A stretch of 20,000 nt of DNA from an uncultured virus (IMG/VR IMGVR_UViG_3300023180_000043) (lineage: Duplodnaviria; Heunggongvirae; Uroviricota; Caudoviricetes): the IMG/VR virus record IMGVR_UViG_3300023180_000043; one strand, 5' to 3'. Positions 16,346 to 20,000 of this stretch are shown piece after piece. The notes beneath the pieces were generated by a model. That model was not told the origin of the DNA. It did no database searches and saw only the letters and a list, made by a program, of their open reading frames with translations. The position numbers were made by a program, and so were the translations under genes. How positions within the stretch are numbered: position 1 is the stretch's first letter; each line of letters starts with the position of its first letter.

Positions 16346-17286
16346 TTTCTTTTCCATATATTAGGGATTAAGTTTGGGGCTCTATTGTCTATGGCCCATT
16401 TAAGTTTTTCTGGATTCAGATCATCAGGAGCTTGGTTCAACGTATTGTCCGGGTACCTTGCAATGGATGCTTTGTTCTTATTTCTAAGAAGCTTCATTAG
16501 CATGACCATAGACTCAGATTTACCATCTCCTTGCATGTGCTTGCCAACTTCATTGTCCAATAATATTACTTTCTCACCTCCTATTTGAGAGATCCAACGC
16601 ATCTGACTTACTGTGATCTGCGAGCCCATTACTGCGACAGTGTCGTAGCCATTCTGGTGGCACCACATCGCAGCTTTGAACCCCTCTACTATTACGGTTA
16701 GATGATTCACATTCGGACAGAAGTAATGTTTCGGATACACTTGATCAAAAAGATATAGATGCCTTCTATTCTGTGGAGAATAGTTTGGAACCAAAGGGAA
16801 TTCATAGGTTTTGTATCTAGGTGTCTGCCACCCTTTGGTAGCTCGGCCCGACACTGCAATGAGGTTTCCTTGATAATCTCGAATAGGGTATGTAACCCGC
16901 TGTTCGGTTTTATCATACCCAATATCAAATGTTTTCTGAGTTTCTTCAGTAAATTGCTCCGGTAATAACCTCCTGTTTGCTTCGTACATCTTAAGTATGT
17001 ACTCTGGTAAGATTGGATAGTTTTCAGTAGTTCTTGTTGATGTCACCTTCCTTGGTCTTTGTTTTTGTACGAACCGCTTTGCAGCAATCGATATTGCATG
17101 AGGGTCAAACTGTAAGTGCCGCATAAGCGCAGTCACATTACCTCTGGTGTTGCATCGAAAGCAGCAAAACCATCCTGTTCCTGAGTTCCAGATGAACGCA
17201 CGGGTATGGGAACACCAAGGGCATACAGCTCTTACGTTCTCACCACTTTGCCGTACACCCTCCAGTCTTTCCAGTACTTGTTTCAT
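16342..17286 (-). CDS. DnaG-like DNA primase (Zn finger plus TOPRIM)
   Basis: CPWC...CFRC zinc finger, RVTYPIRD..G.LIAVSGR, PRYK, IVEG, AVMGS, LLDNE. Confidence 0.9.
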   Translation of the reverse strand: MKQVLERLEGVRQSGENVRAVCPWCSHTRAFIWNSGTGWFCCFRCNTRGNVTALMRHLQFDPHAISIAAKRFVQKQRPRKVTSTRTTENYPILPEYILKMYEANRRLLPEQFTEETQKTFDIGYDKTEQRVTYPIRDYQGNLIAVSGRATKGWQTPRYKTYEFPLVPNYSPQNRRHLYLFDQVYPKHYFCPNVNHLTVIVEGFKAAMWCHQNGYDTVAVMGSQITVSQMRWISQIGGEKVILLDNEVGKHMQGDGKSESMVMLMKLLRNKNKASIARYPDNTLNQAPDDLNPEKLKWAIDNRAPNLIPNIWKRK

Positions 17287-18569
17287 TAGAACTTAAAGTC
17301 TCCTTCCATAAAGTCCTTCTTCTTCTCATCCTTGTCTTTCTTGCCGATATCTTTGATCCATGTAGTATCCAGGGAAATAAAGTCACCAAACCTCTCACAC
17401 TTGTTGGCGTCAAAGGTTAGAGAGATTCCAGGTTCCATTCCTCTGGCTTTGGTAAAGATAAAAGCAGTTCTCTCGATATCAGGATCTGTGATCAATCGGA
17501 TAACAAAGTCACATCGACGAGCAATATGATCCGACCAAGCCAGCTCCTCAGAGTTTCTACCATCAGACCCTACACCTTTTCTGTTAGCATGACCTGTAAT
17601 GATAATCGGGACTTTCTTGCGCATAGCATAGTCCTTAATCTGGTCGATGATACGAGCAACAAAGGTATGCTGGCTGTGAGTCTTATCACCCATAGCGTCG
17701 TCAGCCATAGACTTAAAATAGTCATGGATGACAACATCGGGATTGATCTGCTCTACAACAGACTTAAAGCCTGTCATACCGTCACCGATCTCTGAGCAAT
17801 ACCACCGATTAGACTCCGCAATGTCTTTATGCAGCTCAACCATCTGATCGTACTGTGACATTGTAAATTTACCTTTCATGACATCCTTCATCGGCATCTT
17901 TAGCATGAGAGCAATAATACGCCACTTCAACTGGGCATGCCCAGCCTCTCTAGTAAAGAACAAGACTTTCTTTCCCATAGACCAGAAGTGAAGAGCCAGC
18001 CACAGATTCAGGAAAGTCTTACCTGTACCTTCACGACCGTAGATGTAATACAGCTCCTCGTCACGAAAACCCAAAGACTTCTCATTCAGATAAGCCCAGG
18101 GCCATGGCAAGCCAATGACCCCAGAGTTATTCTGAATCTCTTCAATCTCTCGAAGAGTCTCCTCGATATCCGACCCAACCTTTGTTAGTGTGTCATCTGT
18201 TTGATGACCAACCAACATTTTTTCCGCAAGGCTGACTAGCATGTCTCTTGCGACCCAAGGGTCAGCCGAGTTTGCTCCCGATACATGAACCAAACCCTCC
18301 TGGAGAGCTTGGCCTAAGTATTGAGTTTTGGCTTCGAGGAGCAGGGCGGAGAAGGTATCCTTTGGAGGGATGAACTTATAGCCCGGTGCAATCTCTTTGA
18401 AGTATTCAAGAGAAGGAACCTCACTATGTAGGTCATAATGCTGGAGTAGAACCTCCCAGTATTGTGCGGTTTCAAAATCAAAGAGGTCTGATGTAACCCC
18501 TCCGGTGATTGCTTGTCTAATATCTCTCGTTTCGAGGATACTACTAATAAGTGCGTGACCTATGTTCAT
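17286..18569 (-). CDS. DnaB-like (SF4) replicative DNA helicase
   Basis: Walker A YGREGTGKT, FFTRE, VIHDY, ITGHANR, LAWSDHI...D, and KAR arginine finger. Coupled to the primase by TAATG. Confidence 0.9.
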   Translation of the reverse strand: MNIGHALISSILETRDIRQAITGGVTSDLFDFETAQYWEVLLQHYDLHSEVPSLEYFKEIAPGYKFIPPKDTFSALLLEAKTQYLGQALQEGLVHVSGANSADPWVARDMLVSLAEKMLVGHQTDDTLTKVGSDIEETLREIEEIQNNSGVIGLPWPWAYLNEKSLGFRDEELYYIYGREGTGKTFLNLWLALHFWSMGKKVLFFTREAGHAQLKWRIIALMLKMPMKDVMKGKFTMSQYDQMVELHKDIAESNRWYCSEIGDGMTGFKSVVEQINPDVVIHDYFKSMADDAMGDKTHSQHTFVARIIDQIKDYAMRKKVPIIITGHANRKGVGSDGRNSEELAWSDHIARRCDFVIRLITDPDIERTAFIFTKARGMEPGISLTFDANKCERFGDFISLDTTWIKDIGKKDKDEKKKDFMEGDFKF

Positions 18570-18581
18570 CGCCTTTTACTC

Positions 18582-18962
18582 CTATTTCTTTACGATTGAA
18601 CGGACATATTCATTCTCAAACTGGAATGTTTGATCTGCAGAGTGCAACACTTCTGGGATTTTTGTATTGAGGTATTGAACGCATTGTTGAAATGCAATAT
18701 CTCTACCTTGTTGAGTAGGCTCACAAGGCATACCCATCTCCATAGTGCACTCAAGTTTCTCTGCACCGTACTGAGCAGCACGACCGACAGTCAATCGAAC
18801 AGAGACGTATGCGCCTGTGATAGGTTTCGTATCTCCAACTGACGCCTGGTCAATATGCGTGAATCCTTGACCTTGTGTTGCGATGTTAGTTTGTTGTTGT
18901 TGCTGTGCTGGGGCTTGCACTGCTTGTCCGTAACGTTTTCCCCAGTTTCCAAAGTTAGACAT
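18582..18962 (-). CDS. Hypothetical protein (126 aa, Gln-rich N-terminus)
   Basis: GGAG RBS, overlap with the UDG-like gene, QQQQQ tract, and a beta-hairpin-like core. Confidence 0.7.
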   Translation of the reverse strand: MSNFGNWGKRYGQAVQAPAQQQQQTNIATQGQGFTHIDQASVGDTKPITGAYVSVRLTVGRAAQYGAEKLECTMEMGMPCEPTQQGRDIAFQQCVQYLNTKIPEVLHSADQTFQFENEYVRSIVKK

Positions 18963-19575
18963 TTTTGTCTCCGATAACTTGATCTCTTAATTTACTGTAA
19001 TCTATGGCTTTTCTGAATAGACGAACCACTGTAGCGGTTGATCCTTCTGGATCTCTACTAAAGTTATTGGCTAGCCAGTTAAGTGTTGGAATGGCTGCGA
19101 CCATTCTTGGCACTTTCATTAGGTGTCCGGGCACCTCCACTTCCCGAATCTCTTGAGTGTTGAACATCTTTGTTAATCCGCTTATTAGTCCAATAGAGCG
19201 TGCCGCAGCTGCTCCGCTGACAATGATAAGATGAGGGTCTACCTCATCAATCAGGTGTTGTATTCTTGCTTTACATACTCCTATTTCTTTTGGCTTTAAG
19301 CCAGTCGTGTCTTTAAATGGGTTATTTAGGCTAGAAACGCTCCGATCTGTATCACACCCTACAACCTCGACTATTGCCAGATCGTAAGAGTCTACAGAAC
19401 TTTCAGAGGCGTTTTCAAGTACCTTTTCTAAGAATACCTTTCTCCGATCATCTTCTGGAATAGACTCTGAAAGTATGAGCATTATTTTTCCATTGCTGTT
19501 TGTGCACATCTTGACTGAACCCTTTCGGCTCTTATGAAGATCACACCTTTGGCAGTTATGCCAGTCTATCAACAT
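18955..19575 (-). CDS. Family-4 uracil-DNA glycosylase-like protein with degenerate catalytic motifs
   Basis: N-terminal CQRCDLHKSR, VVGC, and EIGVCKARIQHLIDEVDPHLIIVSGAAAARSI match the family-4 UDG scaffold. The GE(A/G)PG and HP(A/S) motifs are absent. Confidence 0.78.
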   Translation of the reverse strand: MLIDWHNCQRCDLHKSRKGSVKMCTNSNGKIMLILSESIPEDDRRKVFLEKVLENASESSVDSYDLAIVEVVGCDTDRSVSSLNNPFKDTTGLKPKEIGVCKARIQHLIDEVDPHLIIVSGAAAARSIGLISGLTKMFNTQEIREVEVPGHLMKVPRMVAAIPTLNWLANNFSRDPEGSTATVVRLFRKAIDYSKLRDQVIGDKNV

Positions 19576-20000
19576 TTACATTCTCCAATGATATAGTTTG
19601 ATGTGGCATTCCTTCATCCACAGCAAGTACCCTAAGTTTCTTCATCATCCCGTAGAGTGGTGGGATGTCGTCAATAAAGAAGAATACTTTTGGGTCATCG
19701 CCACGCTGAGCACGACCACATATCTGTACGAAGTTAGCCTTATCTGTAAATGGATAGACACAGACAACTGTATTCAACCCATTTCGATCAAGACCTTCTT
19801 TTGCCAAAGCCCTTGTGGCAAAGACTGGATTCTTCTCCAGCTCACCAGTTCGGTCTTCACCTTTTACACCACCATGAACGATTCCGCAACCAGAAAAATG
19901 TTGTTCAAAGTATGCCAGTACAGAAGTCCGTTCGACAAGTACGAGAACCTTTCTACCTTTGGTAATCAAAGATTTTACAAAGTTAGTAATTACCATAAGG
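19556..20000 (-). CDS. SF2 helicase, C-terminal domain (UvsW/XPB-like); truncated by the window end
   Basis: Motif IV KVLVLVER, HGG....R, motif V FAT...AKEGLD...LNT, motif VI Q..GRAQR, FFIDD. The frame is open to the window edge. Confidence 0.88.
   Translation of the reverse strand, partial: LMVITNFVKSLITKGRKVLVLVERTSVLAYFEQHFSGCGIVHGGVKGEDRTGELEKNPVFATRALAKEGLDRNGLNTVVCVYPFTDKANFVQICGRAQRGDDPKVFFFIDDIPPLYGMMKKLRVLAVDEGMPHQTISLENVNVDRLA

Noticed and set aside
17520..17600. His in place of Gln in DnaB motif H3 (ITGHANR)
   Set aside because: T7 gp4 and Twinkle-type SF4 helicases also have His here, so it is not unusual.
3023..19965. Many short + strand ORFs (e.g. 9573-9962, 12421-12840) and nested minus-strand ORFs
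   Set aside because: They are antisense or out-of-frame shadows of well-supported genes, with no recognisable motifs.
1..20000. Stop-codon reassignment
   Set aside because: Conserved genes are full length in code 11, TAA, TAG and TGA all serve as stops, and the tRNA is not a suppressor.
1..20000. Apparently frequent GATC sites
   Set aside because: An impression only; it needs an observed/expected k-mer count before any claim about methylation or restriction.

Overview
A 20-kb piece of a large tailed dsDNA bacteriophage genome (about 40% GC by eye, standard genetic code, very gene-dense). The + strand (1-2943) carries the end of a tail/baseplate gene and a 922-aa tail-fibre-like protein. These meet, at a bidirectional terminator (about 2947-2982), a long, translationally coupled minus-strand replication/recombination/transcription operon. 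In transcription order it encodes an SF2 helicase (truncated by the window), a degenerate family-4 uracil-DNA-glycosylase-like protein, a DnaB-like helicase, a DnaG-like primase, a large Zn-binding SSB with an acidic DNIPF tail, a 396-aa orphan, a family A DNA polymerase (Tyr762 type), RecA, a Zn-finger Hjc-like PD-(D/E)XK nuclease, a tandem double Cas4-like nuclease, a possible UvsY-like protein, RusA, two Rho-N/HeH-like proteins, tRNA-Arg(UCU), a sigma70-family factor and ThyX. The most unusual elements are the tandem pseudo-nuclease/nuclease Cas4-like protein with two Fe-S staples, the catalytically eroded UDG, the apparent T4-like recombination-dependent replication kit built from non-T4 parts, and the Rho-N/tRNA/sigma cluster. 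All calls come from motif recognition by eye; no database searches were run.
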